Shown: positions 51,044-60,680 of the stretch, one piece after another
How the letters are laid out: every line of letters begins with the position of its first letter
How positions within the stretch are numbered: position 1 is the stretch's first letter
DNA from: an uncultured Gemmatimonadales bacterium
GTDB taxonomy: Bacteria; Gemmatimonadota; Gemmatimonadetes; Gemmatimonadales; Gemmatimonadaceae
Reading direction: 5' to 3'
Assembly: GCA_963793305.1 (NCBI GenBank)
Contig: CAWBZV010000003.1
Location: forward strand, 1,120,001 to 1,184,000
Length of the DNA stretch: 64,000 bases
The notes under the pieces: model-generated
Told to the model about the DNA's origin: nothing
The model's input: the letters and a program-made list of their open reading frames with translations, nothing else
The model's database searches: none
Translations under genes and position numbers: made by a program

Positions 51044-51757
51044 ATGCCAACTATCCTCATGATCCGTCATCACTGGGTCGTACGCCTGACGCATTGGATC
51101 GCGGTCGTGGCGATCACGATCATGGTCGGCTCGGGCCTTCGCATCTTCAACGCCTACCCGGCGTTTGCGCGCCGGGGTGGGACGTTCTGCTGCTATCCGT
51201 TCGAGAACAAACCGATCCCGGCCTGGCTCACGTTCGGCGGCTGGCTCGGCGGCGCGCGTCATTGGCATTTCGCCATGATGTGGATCCTGGTGCTCGATGG
51301 CCTCGTGTACATGGCGTTCATCTATCTCCACGGCGAGTGGCGAGATCTCGTCCCGCGCCGCGGCGATCTCCGCGACACAATCCAGATGATCCGGTTCTAT
51401 CTCTTTCTGCGTCGGGATCATCCGCATCAAGGCAAGCACAATGCGCTTCAGAAAAGCGCCTACTACGCCATGCCTTGGCTCGGTGTCATTCTCGTCCTCA
51501 CTGGACTCGCGATCTGGAAGCCGGTGGAGCTCGCCCCTCTGACCGCGCTCTTCGGCGGCTATATGTGGGCGCGCTACTGGCATTTCATGGCCATGACCGC
51601 GCTCGTGGTGCTTGCCGTCGGGCACGTCTTCATGGTCTTCGCGGTCGATCCGTACTCGATCCCCTCGATGATCACGGGACGGTACGACGAACGGTTCGCT
51701 CCCGACAAGCGCGACGCGCGACCGTTCTATCACCTCCTACCTCCGAAGCAGCCATGA
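51044..51757 (+). CDS. cytochrome b (Ni-hydrogenase/FdnI-like) membrane subunit, probable partner of the molybdoenzyme
   Basis: VRLTHW, ARHWHF, KHNALQK, ARYWHF..VGHVFM heme-ligand His pattern. Confidence 0.85.
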   Translation: MPTILMIRHHWVVRLTHWIAVVAITIMVGSGLRIFNAYPAFARRGGTFCCYPFENKPIPAWLTFGGWLGGARHWHFAMMWILVLDGLVYMAFIYLHGEWRDLVPRRGDLRDTIQMIRFYLFLRRDHPHQGKHNALQKSAYYAMPWLGVILVLTGLAIWKPVELAPLTALFGGYMWARYWHFMAMTALVVLAVGHVFMVFAVDPYSIPSMITGRYDERFAPDKRDARPFYHLLPPKQP

Positions 51758-52464
51758 TCGACCGGCGGCGTTTTCTGGAGCTCGGCCTCGGTTCAGCCGC
51801 GGCCGCAATGCTCGTAGGTTGCAATTCGAGCGGGCCGCGGTGGGCACAACCCGCCCTCGAACTGGCCGAGCACGAGAACGAGGGCGTGGAACGGTTTCTG
51901 TTCCGCCACACGTCGATGGACCGGGTGGGGCGGAATGTGAAGGCCAGTGGGGCGGCGTTCCCGGCGTACTTCGTCGCCAACACCGTGCCAATGTGGGACC
52001 CGGCGAAGATGGGGCCCTGGCGCTTGGAGATCGGCGGGATGGTGGCCGCGCCGCGAACGCTGACGATGGGCGAGCTGAGTCGAATGCCATCGGTCACGCA
52101 GCGGGTGAACCACTACTGCGTCGAGGGCTGGACGGCGGTTGCGTCGTGGACGGGCGTGCGGCTCCGCGACCTGGCCGCCCTGGTGCGGCCCGCCCCGGAG
52201 GCTCAATACGTCGACTTTCAGTCGTTCGACGACGGCTACCACGAGTCGTGGGATTTGCCGAGCGCGATGCACCAGCAGACCCTGATCGCCTACGGCATGG
52301 ACGGCCAGTGGCTGGGCGCCGCGCACGGGGGCCCGGCGCGCGTCTACTCGCCGGTGAAGCTCGGCTATAAGAACACGAAGTACCTGACGAAGATCCTGTT
52401 CCTGCCGCAGCGCAACGGTGGCTACTGGTCCGACCAGGGCTACGAATGGTACGGCGGTATCTAG
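51754..52464 (+). CDS. Tat-exported sulfite-oxidase-family molybdoenzyme (MsrP-like)
   Basis: MIDRRRFL twin-arginine signal, HYCVEGW, WTGVRL, HGGPAR, KLGYKNTKY. Confidence 0.88.
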   Translation: MIDRRRFLELGLGSAAAAMLVGCNSSGPRWAQPALELAEHENEGVERFLFRHTSMDRVGRNVKASGAAFPAYFVANTVPMWDPAKMGPWRLEIGGMVAAPRTLTMGELSRMPSVTQRVNHYCVEGWTAVASWTGVRLRDLAALVRPAPEAQYVDFQSFDDGYHESWDLPSAMHQQTLIAYGMDGQWLGAAHGGPARVYSPVKLGYKNTKYLTKILFLPQRNGGYWSDQGYEWYGGI

Positions 52465-52479
52465 CGAACGGCGCGCACA

Positions 52480-53655
52480 TCATGATCGTGCCGCCGCCTC
52501 GCGCAGCAGAGCGTCGACCGCGCGATCTTCCCCGTCGTAGTCGCCCTCTCCGAAGTGGTGGTACCGGATGTGGCCCTCGGCATCGATGATGTAGACGGAC
52601 GGCCAGTATTCGTTGTGGAAGGCATTCCAGATGGCATAGTGCTCGTCGAGCACGACGGGGTAGACGACGCCGAGGCGCCGCACGGCGTCGCGGACATTGC
52701 TCTCCACGCGCTCGTGCGCGAGCTCCGGTGTGTGGATGCCGAGAACGACAAGGCCACGATCGCGATACTTGGCTTCTATCGCTTGGATGTGCGGCAGCGC
52801 ATTCAAGCAGTTGTAGCAGGAGAACGTCCAGAAATTGACCAGGATAACTTTTCCTTTCAGGGATTCGGCTGTCAGCGGAGTGGTGTTGATCCACCCGGTT
52901 GCACCCGCCAACCCGGGGAAAACGCCTTCGTCATCGTGCAGGTGGGTCAGGAGTCGCTGCTCGATCCTCCCGGTGTCGACCGGGCCCGCGCCGGCGAACA
53001 ACTGGGCGTCGCGTCCCGATGCAATGAGGAAGAGCGTGCCAAGTGCCGCCACGCCCACGCCGCGCCGCACCCACCGCTCGACTGGCAGGTATGCCTTGAC
53101 CCGAGCGAGGACGCGCCTGCTCGCGAGCATACCGATCGCGAGCGACGTCGCGGCGCCGAGCGCGAAGGTGAACAATAGCGCGGTCGTGCCGACGCTTGTG
53201 CCGCGAAGCGCCGCCGTGCTGATGACGAGCCCCAGAATCGGTCCGGCGCACGGTGCCCACAAGAGCCCGATGGCCGAGCCTATCGCGAGATTGCGCCCGA
53301 TGCGTGTGGATGTGTGGCCGCCGCGCGAATCAATCCAGCTGCCGAGCCGCACGAACGGTCGCGCCAATATGTCGGCGACTCGCGGCGCGATGAGACTGAC
53401 ACCGAGGAGGCCGAGCAGCGCGATACTCACGATGCGTCCCGCTTCGCTGACCTGGGTGAGCCACGAGAGGCCTGCCGTCGCGATCGACGCCGTCGCCGCG
53501 AACATGAGCGCGAGTCCAACGAGCATCGGCAGCACCTCGCGCGAAAACGAGCGGCCGGCGCGCGCGAAGACGAGAGGAATGACCGGCAGTACACACGGGC
53601 TCAGTATGGTGAGCGCGCCGGCGGCGAAGACGAGCACGAGCAGGGCGGTGAACAA
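52480..53655 (-). CDS. DipZ-like protein: CcdA membrane domain fused to a thioredoxin domain
   Basis: ILSPCVLPVIP, LLWAPCAGPILG, FWTFSCYNC. TTG start with RBS GGAGG at 53661-53665. Confidence 0.88.
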   Translation of the reverse strand: MFTALLVLVFAAGALTILSPCVLPVIPLVFARAGRSFSREVLPMLVGLALMFAATASIATAGLSWLTQVSEAGRIVSIALLGLLGVSLIAPRVADILARPFVRLGSWIDSRGGHTSTRIGRNLAIGSAIGLLWAPCAGPILGLVISTAALRGTSVGTTALLFTFALGAATSLAIGMLASRRVLARVKAYLPVERWVRRGVGVAALGTLFLIASGRDAQLFAGAGPVDTGRIEQRLLTHLHDDEGVFPGLAGATGWINTTPLTAESLKGKVILVNFWTFSCYNCLNALPHIQAIEAKYRDRGLVVLGIHTPELAHERVESNVRDAVRRLGVVYPVVLDEHYAIWNAFHNEYWPSVYIIDAEGHIRYHHFGEGDYDGEDRAVDALLREAAARS

Positions 53656-53687
53656 TTGTGCCTCCGATTGAAGTGCGCACATAGAAG

Positions 53688-53701
53688 GCAATCGCCCGGC
53701 C
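53688..53701 (-). promoter_or_regulatory. sigma54-type -24/-12 promoter motif
   Basis: Minus strand GG-ccgggcga-TTGC, 32 nt upstream of the dipZ-like start. Confidence 0.45.
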
Positions 53702-53942
53702 CATGGCGTCGACGCATGATGGAGACAGCGTAAGTGACGGGCCCGCGTTGATTTGGCGAACGTTCCTGCGGTCTGGAGGAGGGTTGGTTGGCCGTTCAAG
53801 CAACGCCCACCGCACGCTGACGAAACCGCGCGATGGGACTCGTTCCGCCAGATTGTTCCATCGCGCAGCCCCGCACGTTTCGCGAGCGATGCCGGGGCGG
53901 GCAATCGTTTATCTTACTTACACTTGGCCCTCGGCATCTTTG

Positions 53943-53956
53943 GGAGCGCGGCTTGC
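53943..53956 (+). promoter_or_regulatory. sigma54-type -24/-12 promoter motif
   Basis: GG-agcgcggc-TTGC upstream of RBS GGAGG and ATG 53987. Confidence 0.5.
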
Positions 53957-53986
53957 GACCCGTGTCGGGAGGAGGTATCGATCATC

Positions 53987-54946
53987 ATGCTGCCAACACT
54001 TTCGTTGCTCATTGCTGCGACCCTGGGAACTACAGTCCCCACGCTGCCCGACGAAGGCGCGTTCCCGGGTCTCGCCGGCGCGACCGGTTGGATCAATTCC
54101 AGCCCGCTCACGGCGAGCTCGCTCAAGGGGAAAGTCGTTCTCGTCGACTTCTGGACATTCGAGTGCTCGAATTGTCTCGCGGCCCTCCCGCACGTGAAGG
54201 CGCTGGAGGCGAAGTATCGGGACAAGGGTCTCGTTGTAGTCGGCGTACACTCGCCCGAGCTCGCCGAAGAGAAGCCTGCCGCGAACGTGGCAGCGGCCGT
54301 CAAGCGACTCGGCGTGGTCTATCCGGTCGCACTCGACGCAGACTACAAGATTTGGAAGGGGTTCAACAACGAGTACTGGCCCGCGGTGTACATCGTCGAC
54401 GCGAATGGTCAGATCCGGTACTCTCACGCCGGCGAAGGCGACTATGACGGGCAGGACCGCGCTGTAGCAGCGCTGCTCGCCGAGGCTTCATCGCAGCAGC
54501 CGCCGTACAAGAAGCCGAGCGATGCCGATCTGAAAAAGCGCCTCACGCCCATTCAGTACGAGGTCACGCAGCACGCGGAAACCGAGCGGCCGTTCGACAA
54601 CCCGTACTGGAACAATCACGAGGCCGGCATCTACGTCGACATCGTGTCCGGCGAGCCGCTCTTCTCGTCGCTCGACAAGTTCGAGTCCGGCACCGGGTGG
54701 CCGAGCTTCACCAAGCCGCTCGAGCCGGCGAACGTCAAGACCAAGTCTGACCGCTCGCTGATGATGGATCGCACCGAGGTTCGCTCGGCGCACGCGAACT
54801 CGCACCTGGGCCACGTGTTCGACGACGGGCCGGCGCCTACGGGGCTCCGCTACTGCATGAATTCGGCGGCCCTTCGGTTCGTCCCGGTCGATAGCCTGCA
54901 AGCCGAAGGCTACGGCCAGTACCTGTCCCAGTTTACGAAGAAGTAA
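53987..54946 (+). CDS. msrB: exported thioredoxin (TlpA-like)-MsrB fusion, peptide-methionine (R)-S-oxide reductase
   Basis: Signal peptide, FWTFECSNC, then [35 protein letters not shown]. Confidence 0.92.
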   Translation: MLPTLSLLIAATLGTTVPTLPDEGAFPGLAGATGWINSSPLTASSLKGKVVLVDFWTFECSNCLAALPHVKALEAKYRDKGLVVVGVHSPELAEEKPAANVAAAVKRLGVVYPVALDADYKIWKGFNNEYWPAVYIVDANGQIRYSHAGEGDYDGQDRAVAALLAEASSQQPPYKKPSDADLKKRLTPIQYEVTQHAETERPFDNPYWNNHEAGIYVDIVSGEPLFSSLDKFESGTGWPSFTKPLEPANVKTKSDRSLMMDRTEVRSAHANSHLGHVFDDGPAPTGLRYCMNSAALRFVPVDSLQAEGYGQYLSQFTKK

Positions 54947-55042
54947 AAATGCGAGCGTGGTCATTGACCGCGCTCCGGCAGACGGCGCCGTGGCGCCTCG
55001 CGCGCCATGGCAGGTCGGCCGTCCGCGGGTAAGTTATCCCGC

Positions 55043-56746
55043 ATGCCGACCGTCCACCTGGGCACTATCGACTACGCCATTATCGGCGTGTACTTCATCT
55101 TCGTCCTCGGCGTGGGTTGGGGCCTACGCCGACAGACGAAGACGGGCAGCGACTTCTTCCTCGCGGGTCGCTCCCTTCCTGCCTGGGTCACCGGCATCGC
55201 GTTCATCTCGGCCAACCTCGGCGCCCAAGAAGTGATCGGGATGGGCGCCTCGGGCGCGAAGTACGGGATAGCGACGAGCCACTTCTACTGGATCGGCGCG
55301 ATCCCGGCGATGGTCTTCGTCGGGCTCTTCATGATGCCGTTCTACTACGGCTCCCGCGCGAGATCGGTCCCGGAGTATCTGCGGCTCCGGTTCGACGAAA
55401 AGACTCGCGGTCTCAACGCGATCACGTTCGCGGTGATGACCATCTTTTCGTCCGGCATCAGCCTCTACGCGATGGGGAAGCTGTTCAACCTGCTGCTCGG
55501 GTGGAGCTTCAGCTTCAGCATCTGGATCTCGGCGATCGTCGTGCTCGGCTACATCGTGCTCGGCGGCCTCACGAGCGCGATCTACAACGAAGTCATGCAG
55601 TTCGTGCTGATCGTGTTCGGATTCCTGCCGCTGGCGATCATCGGCTATCTCGCCGCCGGCGGGTGGCACGGCCTCTCGACGCGGCTCGCTGCGTTGTCGG
55701 TTTCCCACGGACTCCCAGCCGGCGCCTTCTCTCACGCGTGGAAGTACATGGGGAATGCGGCCGACAACCCCATAGGCGTGGAGTGGTTCGGGCTCGCGAT
55801 GGGACTCGGGTTTGTCCTATCGTTCGGGTACTGGACGACCGACTTCCTGGTCGTTCAACGCGCGCTGGCGGCCGAGTCGATGACCGCGGCCCGTCGGACG
55901 CCGTTGATTGCGGCGATGCCCAAGATGCTGTTCCCGTTTCTCGTGATCCTTCCGGGAATGATCGCCGCGAGCATCGGGATCATCCCGCCGAAGTCGATCG
56001 ACGCCGCTGGTCACGCCGTGCTCGACTACGATCTGGCCACGCCGATGATGCTCGTGAAGTTCTTCCCAACCGGCATGCTCGGCCTCGGCCTCACGGCGTT
56101 GCTCGCGTCGTTCATGTCCGGCATGGCCGGAAACGTCACGGCGTTCAACACCGTCGGCACGTACGATATCTACCAAGCCTACGTGCGGAAGGGGGAGAGC
56201 GACGAGCATTATCTCCGGTTCGGCCGGATACTCACCGTTGCCGGCATCGGCCTGTCCGTGATCGCCGCGTACGTCGCGGCGTCGTTCAACAACATCATGG
56301 ACTTGCTGCAGCTCGTGTTCGCGTTCGTCAACGCGCCACTGTTCGCGACGTTCTTCCTCGGCATGTTCTGGAAGCGCACGACGGGACATGGTGCGTTCAC
56401 GGGCCTCCTATCGGGCACGCTCGCCGCCGCCATTCACCACGGCATGACGCTGCCGGTCGGCGCGACACCCGGCATCAAAGGCGGCTACTTCGGTGTGCAC
56501 CACATCTACGCGAGTGAGCTCGGGCAGACGTTCTGGACCGCCATCTGGGCGTGGACGACGTGCTTCGTCGTGACGATCGTGGTCAGCCTGCTCACGAAAC
56601 CGCGGCCGCCGGAGGAGCTCAAGGGGCTCGTGTACTCGATGACGCCGAAGGTCACCGAAGACCACGTGCCGTTCATCCAGCGGCCGCTGACGCTCGCCGT
56701 GATCGTCCTGGTGTTCGCCCTCGTGCTAAACATCATCTTCTTTTGA
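55043..56746 (+). CDS. sodium:solute symporter (probable sugar/galactose)
   Basis: DFFLAGRSLP, SVPEYLRLRF, YWTTDFLVVQRAL, many TM helices. Coupled to galK. Confidence 0.9.
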   Translation: MPTVHLGTIDYAIIGVYFIFVLGVGWGLRRQTKTGSDFFLAGRSLPAWVTGIAFISANLGAQEVIGMGASGAKYGIATSHFYWIGAIPAMVFVGLFMMPFYYGSRARSVPEYLRLRFDEKTRGLNAITFAVMTIFSSGISLYAMGKLFNLLLGWSFSFSIWISAIVVLGYIVLGGLTSAIYNEVMQFVLIVFGFLPLAIIGYLAAGGWHGLSTRLAALSVSHGLPAGAFSHAWKYMGNAADNPIGVEWFGLAMGLGFVLSFGYWTTDFLVVQRALAAESMTAARRTPLIAAMPKMLFPFLVILPGMIAASIGIIPPKSIDAAGHAVLDYDLATPMMLVKFFPTGMLGLGLTALLASFMSGMAGNVTAFNTVGTYDIYQAYVRKGESDEHYLRFGRILTVAGIGLSVIAAYVAASFNNIMDLLQLVFAFVNAPLFATFFLGMFWKRTTGHGAFTGLLSGTLAAAIHHGMTLPVGATPGIKGGYFGVHHIYASELGQTFWTAIWAWTTCFVVTIVVSLLTKPRPPEELKGLVYSMTPKVTEDHVPFIQRPLTLAVIVLVFALVLNIIFF

Positions 56747-57819
56747 CGGCGGCCGAATTATTCCGTCGGCAATTCCGCTCTGAGCCCAGGGTAGTCGCCT
56801 CCGCCCCGGGGCGTGTGAACTTGATCGGGGAGCACACGGACTACAATGGCGGCGACGTGCTCCCGATCGCGATCGCCCAACGCACAACGGTGGCAATCGC
56901 ACCGGCTACCGAGAGTGTCGCTGTTTCGGCCCAGCAACCGTTGCTCGGCCGATTCTCGGTGGCGCATCTCGTGCCCGAGCGGCGCTGGTGGGATTACGTC
57001 GCGGGCGTAGCCGCTGCGTTCATCGACTCGGGCTACACAATCCCCGACTTCCAGATCGCGGTGGCCAGCGATGTTCCAGTCGGTGCCGGCCTCAGCTCGT
57101 CAGCAGCGCTCGAAACCGCGACGGCGTTCGCGCTCGCGCGATTGTTCGGCCACGATATCCCACCACAACGACTCGCCCTACTCGGCACGCGCGCCGAGCG
57201 AGAGTTCGTAGGCGTGGCCTCAGGGATAATGGACCAGCAAGCCTCGGCGCTCGGCGCCGCGCACAAGGCTGTTCATATCCGCTGCGATACCGGCGCACAC
57301 GAGCACGTGCCGTTCGACGACGCCGTGCTCATCTTCGACACCGGCGTTCGCCGCGCCCTGGCCGACTCGGCGTTCAACGACCGCCGCGCCGAGTGCCAGG
57401 CCGCGCTCACGCGCCTGCGCTCACTCCGTCCGTCGCTGCCGAGCCTCGCCGCGGCCGACCTCGATCTCTTGCGCGAGGCCCGCTTGCCCCCACCTCTCGA
57501 TCGCCGCGCCCGCCACGTGGTGACCGAGATGTCCCGCGTCCGCGCGGTCGTCGACGCCCTGCGCGTGGGCAACCCACTCCCAGGCGAAGCGCTGTTCGCT
57601 TCGCACGAGTCTCTCCGCGTCGACTACGAGTGCTCTTCGCCGGAGCTCGACGCATTCGTCGACCGCGCCCGCCGCGCTGACGGGATCACCGGCGCTCGCC
57701 TAACGGGCGCGGGCTGGGGCGGTTGCGCGATCGCCGTCGGCAATCCACAGGCGCTCGCGACATTCGGCGGTGGCTGGATCACCCATGCAGCTGCGGGGGC
57801 GCGGATCGAGCACGGCTGA
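56743..57819 (+). CDS. galK: galactokinase
   Basis: APGRVNLIGEHTDYN, VPVGAGLSSSAALE, GIMDQ, GARLTGAGWGG. Confidence 0.93.
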   Translation: MTAAELFRRQFRSEPRVVASAPGRVNLIGEHTDYNGGDVLPIAIAQRTTVAIAPATESVAVSAQQPLLGRFSVAHLVPERRWWDYVAGVAAAFIDSGYTIPDFQIAVASDVPVGAGLSSSAALETATAFALARLFGHDIPPQRLALLGTRAEREFVGVASGIMDQQASALGAAHKAVHIRCDTGAHEHVPFDDAVLIFDTGVRRALADSAFNDRRAECQAALTRLRSLRPSLPSLAAADLDLLREARLPPPLDRRARHVVTEMSRVRAVVDALRVGNPLPGEALFASHESLRVDYECSSPELDAFVDRARRADGITGARLTGAGWGGCAIAVGNPQALATFGGGWITHAAAGARIEHG

Positions 57820-58342
57820 GTAAGGATTCGATTTTGTCGAACTGCTGATGCCAGGCAATTTTGGATAAGACTGTCACGATGAGCGGAATCCCCACTTCAG
57901 TTACCGTGACCTTCGTTTTCCCGCCCGACTCTGTGAACTCGGTAATCACGAGAATTTCGTTCGGCCAATGACCAGGAACCGGTGCGTGCGAGCCCGGAAT
58001 TACTCTGCCGGTCGCATCGGAAAAAGAGCTCGTGGATACGATTCTGCTATTCGGAACGACCTCCTTATAGACGCCCGTGTTCCAAAACATTTCCCCCTTC
58101 GGAGACTTCATTGACCAGAGATAGGTCCCGCCTACTCGTGGGTCGTTCCTGATGATCGGCGCGGTAAAATCCGTGGGGCCCCACCACTGCTTGATGCACT
58201 CAGGGTCATTCCAGATCCGCCACAACTGATCGGCGGAAGCGTCGAAGGTTCGCTCGAAGGAACCGGTCGTATTGACCCTCAGGGCAACAAAGGTGAGTGC
58301 GGCCAGGGCTACCACAGTGCCGGTGAATATTTTGTAGATCAT
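57779..58342 (-). CDS. SRPBCC/AHA1-domain protein
   Basis: ERTFDASADQLWRIWNDPECIKQWWGP, DPRVGG. Confidence 0.85.
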   Translation of the reverse strand: MIYKIFTGTVVALAALTFVALRVNTTGSFERTFDASADQLWRIWNDPECIKQWWGPTDFTAPIIRNDPRVGGTYLWSMKSPKGEMFWNTGVYKEVVPNSRIVSTSSFSDATGRVIPGSHAPVPGHWPNEILVITEFTESGGKTKVTVTEVGIPLIVTVLSKIAWHQQFDKIESLLSRARSAPPQLHG

Positions 58343-58824
58343 GTGAGCAGCTGTGCGAGACTGTCGTAGCTAGCGGCAAGGCCGCGCTCCATGCCAGAGG
58401 CAATTGTGGCATCGCGGGCCTCTCTCGAGGGATACAGCACAACGGTTGTGAGTGTTGTTTGACCGTGGTCCTCGCTGAGGGAGGTGGTTGTGATCTGTTC
58501 TCCTGATTGAGGCTCACATCCAAAATCGAAGGAGTCCGTGGTGACGATGCGCTCACACGGAACAATTTCGCGATACACACCATGCATCCCCATTCTCGTG
58601 CCATCAGCATTGCACCACTCATAACGGAAGACGCCACCGACTTTCGGGTCGATCTCGCAATTCACCATCGACCAGCCGGGAGGGCCCAGCAGCCAGCGCT
58701 TGGCCAACTCGGGCGTTGTCATGGCTTTAAATACCAGGCTCCTGGGAGCTTGGAAGGTGCGAATCAGTACAATCTCCCGGTCGCCACGCGTTGTGAGTTT
58801 TAGTTCGCGCTCATTTGCGGCCAC
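58339..58824 (-). CDS. SRPBCC/AHA1-domain protein
   Basis: DREIVLIRTFQAPRSLVFKAMTTPEL..W, SREARDA..SGMERG. Confidence 0.9.
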   Translation of the reverse strand: MAANERELKLTTRGDREIVLIRTFQAPRSLVFKAMTTPELAKRWLLGPPGWSMVNCEIDPKVGGVFRYEWCNADGTRMGMHGVYREIVPCERIVTTDSFDFGCEPQSGEQITTTSLSEDHGQTTLTTVVLYPSREARDATIASGMERGLAASYDSLAQLLT

Positions 58825-59161
58825 GTTTCTTCTCCTGCCGTTGCATGTCAGCTAACAGCACGTCGAGGCGTTGGAAGTTCGCTTCCAAAGTCTGCCGATA
58901 ACGCTCCAGCCAGCGCGTGGCTTCAACAATTGGGCGCACTTCGACGCGGCGCGGCCGCCGCTGCGCGTCCTGCCGCTGAGAGATCAACCCCGCGCGCTCC
59001 AGAACCTTGAGGTGTCGCGAGATGGCGGGCTGGGTCATCGCAAACGGCTCGGCCAATTCCAAAACCGTCGCCTCACCCGAAGCGAGTCGCGCCAGGATGG
59101 CGCGCCTGGTCGGGTCGGACAGTGCAGAAAACGTTGCGTCGAGTTGTTCTGAAGTCTTCAT
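58811..59161 (-). CDS. ArsR/SmtB-family regulator
   Basis: FSALSDPTRRAILARL, QPAISRHLKVLERAGLI. Confidence 0.93.
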   Translation of the reverse strand: MKTSEQLDATFSALSDPTRRAILARLASGEATVLELAEPFAMTQPAISRHLKVLERAGLISQRQDAQRRPRRVEVRPIVEATRWLERYRQTLEANFQRLDVLLADMQRQEKKRGRK

Positions 59162-59170
59162 AATCATGAC

Positions 59171-59196
59171 ATTATATAACAAGAGTGTTATATAAT
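59171..59196. promoter_or_regulatory. probable ArsR operator
   Basis: Perfect inverted repeat ATTATATAAC-aagagt-GTTATATAAT directly upstream of the arsR-family gene. Confidence 0.75.
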
Positions 59197-59229
59197 ACGA
59201 TACGACTAGGGATGTCAATACGCACTCCA

Positions 59230-59991
59230 CTAACGCGTCCGGCCGAGCAAGGCGTTGGCCTCTGCGTAGCCGCTCGGCAACCCCACGTCGAGGAACTGGC
59301 CCTCGATCACCCGGCCTTCGAGTGCGCCGCGCGCCAGGAGCCATTGCATGAGGGGGATGTCATCGAGCTCTGCGCCCGCCGGGATCTTGTGCTCGACCAC
59401 GTCGATCGCCGCGAGCCCGCTCGGCAGGAATACGAATCGGCCCACCGCCGTATAGGCCGCGGTGGCGCCGCGCGTGTCGAACGTCGCGGCCTTCGCGCCT
59501 TTGTCCGGTATGTGCGCGATGCGATAGACGGCCCCGTCCCGGGTACCATCCAGCACACCCGTCGCGCCACGGCGTGCTGCTTCGCGGGCGCTGATCTCGA
59601 CGATCGCGACGACGTTGGTGCCGGTCGAGCGATGCGTGTCGATGACTTGAGCCAGTGCTGGGCGGGCGCCGATGAAGATGTTGTCCGGTAGGGCGACGGC
59701 CAGCGGCTCGGCTCCGGCGAAGTCGCGGCCGAGGCGAATCGCGTCAGCCAGGCCGCGAGGTTCGCGTTGGATGACGGTCTGGACACCGGGCAGCCGCGCG
59801 AGATGCTCGACCAGGGCGTCTTTCCTGGGCGCCGAGACGACGAGGATTTCGTCTAAGCCACTCTCGGCGCACTCGCGGAGCACCCAGTCGATGGCGGGCT
59901 TGCCGGCGACTGGTACCATCTCCTTGGGTCCGTCGCCGGCGATCGCTCGCATGCGCGTTCCGCGTCCGCCACAGGGGATCAGCGCTCTCAT
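59230..59991 (-). CDS. sugar-phosphate nucleotidyltransferase (GalU-like)
   Basis: ALIPCGGRGTRM, PKEMVPV, QREPRGLADAI, ALPDN. Confidence 0.85.
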   Translation of the reverse strand: MRALIPCGGRGTRMRAIAGDGPKEMVPVAGKPAIDWVLRECAESGLDEILVVSAPRKDALVEHLARLPGVQTVIQREPRGLADAIRLGRDFAGAEPLAVALPDNIFIGARPALAQVIDTHRSTGTNVVAIVEISAREAARRGATGVLDGTRDGAVYRIAHIPDKGAKAATFDTRGATAAYTAVGRFVFLPSGLAAIDVVEHKIPAGAELDDIPLMQWLLARGALEGRVIEGQFLDVGLPSGYAEANALLGRTR

Positions 59992-60680
59992 AAAAAGGCG
60001 TTGATTGCGGGAACGATGACCGGGGTGAAGACCGTCGTGTGCGTCGCCCCGGGAACGATCTCGAGGCGGCCATCGCGAAGGAGCCCGAGGTATTCTTGCG
60101 GGTGACCAGCGCGAATGCCATCGATGCTCCCGAACACCAGGAGCGTGGGCGCGGTGACGCCTTTCACCTCCGCCGTCCAGTCATAATCGACCTTGATCCG
60201 CTCGGCGATCTTCTCGAATAGCGCGGGGAAGTCCTTGTGGTGCGGCCCGAAATGCTGTTTCAGCATCTCGCCAACCGCCGGACCCATGTTGTCCATCTGA
60301 GCGAGCGTCTCGTCCGACCAACCACGTCGCCGGTACGCCTGAGATACGATGATGAGCTTGCGGACGATCGTCGGGTGTCGGGCCGCGACGTGCAGGGCGA
60401 CGCTCGCGCCGAGCGAATACCCCATGACGTTGGCGCGGTCGATGCTGAGGCTGCTAAGCAGATCTGCGATGTCATCCGCCATCGTGTCCGGCCGAATTGG
60501 CCGGTCGACGTCCGGCGTGTGTCCGTGCGCTTGCAACTCGACGGCGATGACGCGCCGGGTGGTGGCGAGCGCCGGCAGGATGTCGCCGAGCGTGGCGATC
60601 GTGCCGAACGCGCCGTGAATGAGCACGAGTGGAGATCCAGTCCCATGGATTTCGTGGTAGAGTCTCATATTATCAGCCAT
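59988..60680 (-). CDS. alpha/beta hydrolase
   Basis: PLVLIHGA, ELQAHGHT, GYSLGA, D and H catalytic candidates. Start is at 60680 or 60668. Confidence 0.88.
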   Translation of the reverse strand: MADNMRLYHEIHGTGSPLVLIHGAFGTIATLGDILPALATTRRVIAVELQAHGHTPDVDRPIRPDTMADDIADLLSSLSIDRANVMGYSLGASVALHVAARHPTIVRKLIIVSQAYRRRGWSDETLAQMDNMGPAVGEMLKQHFGPHHKDFPALFEKIAERIKVDYDWTAEVKGVTAPTLLVFGSIDGIRAGHPQEYLGLLRDGRLEIVPGATHTTVFTPVIVPAINAFL

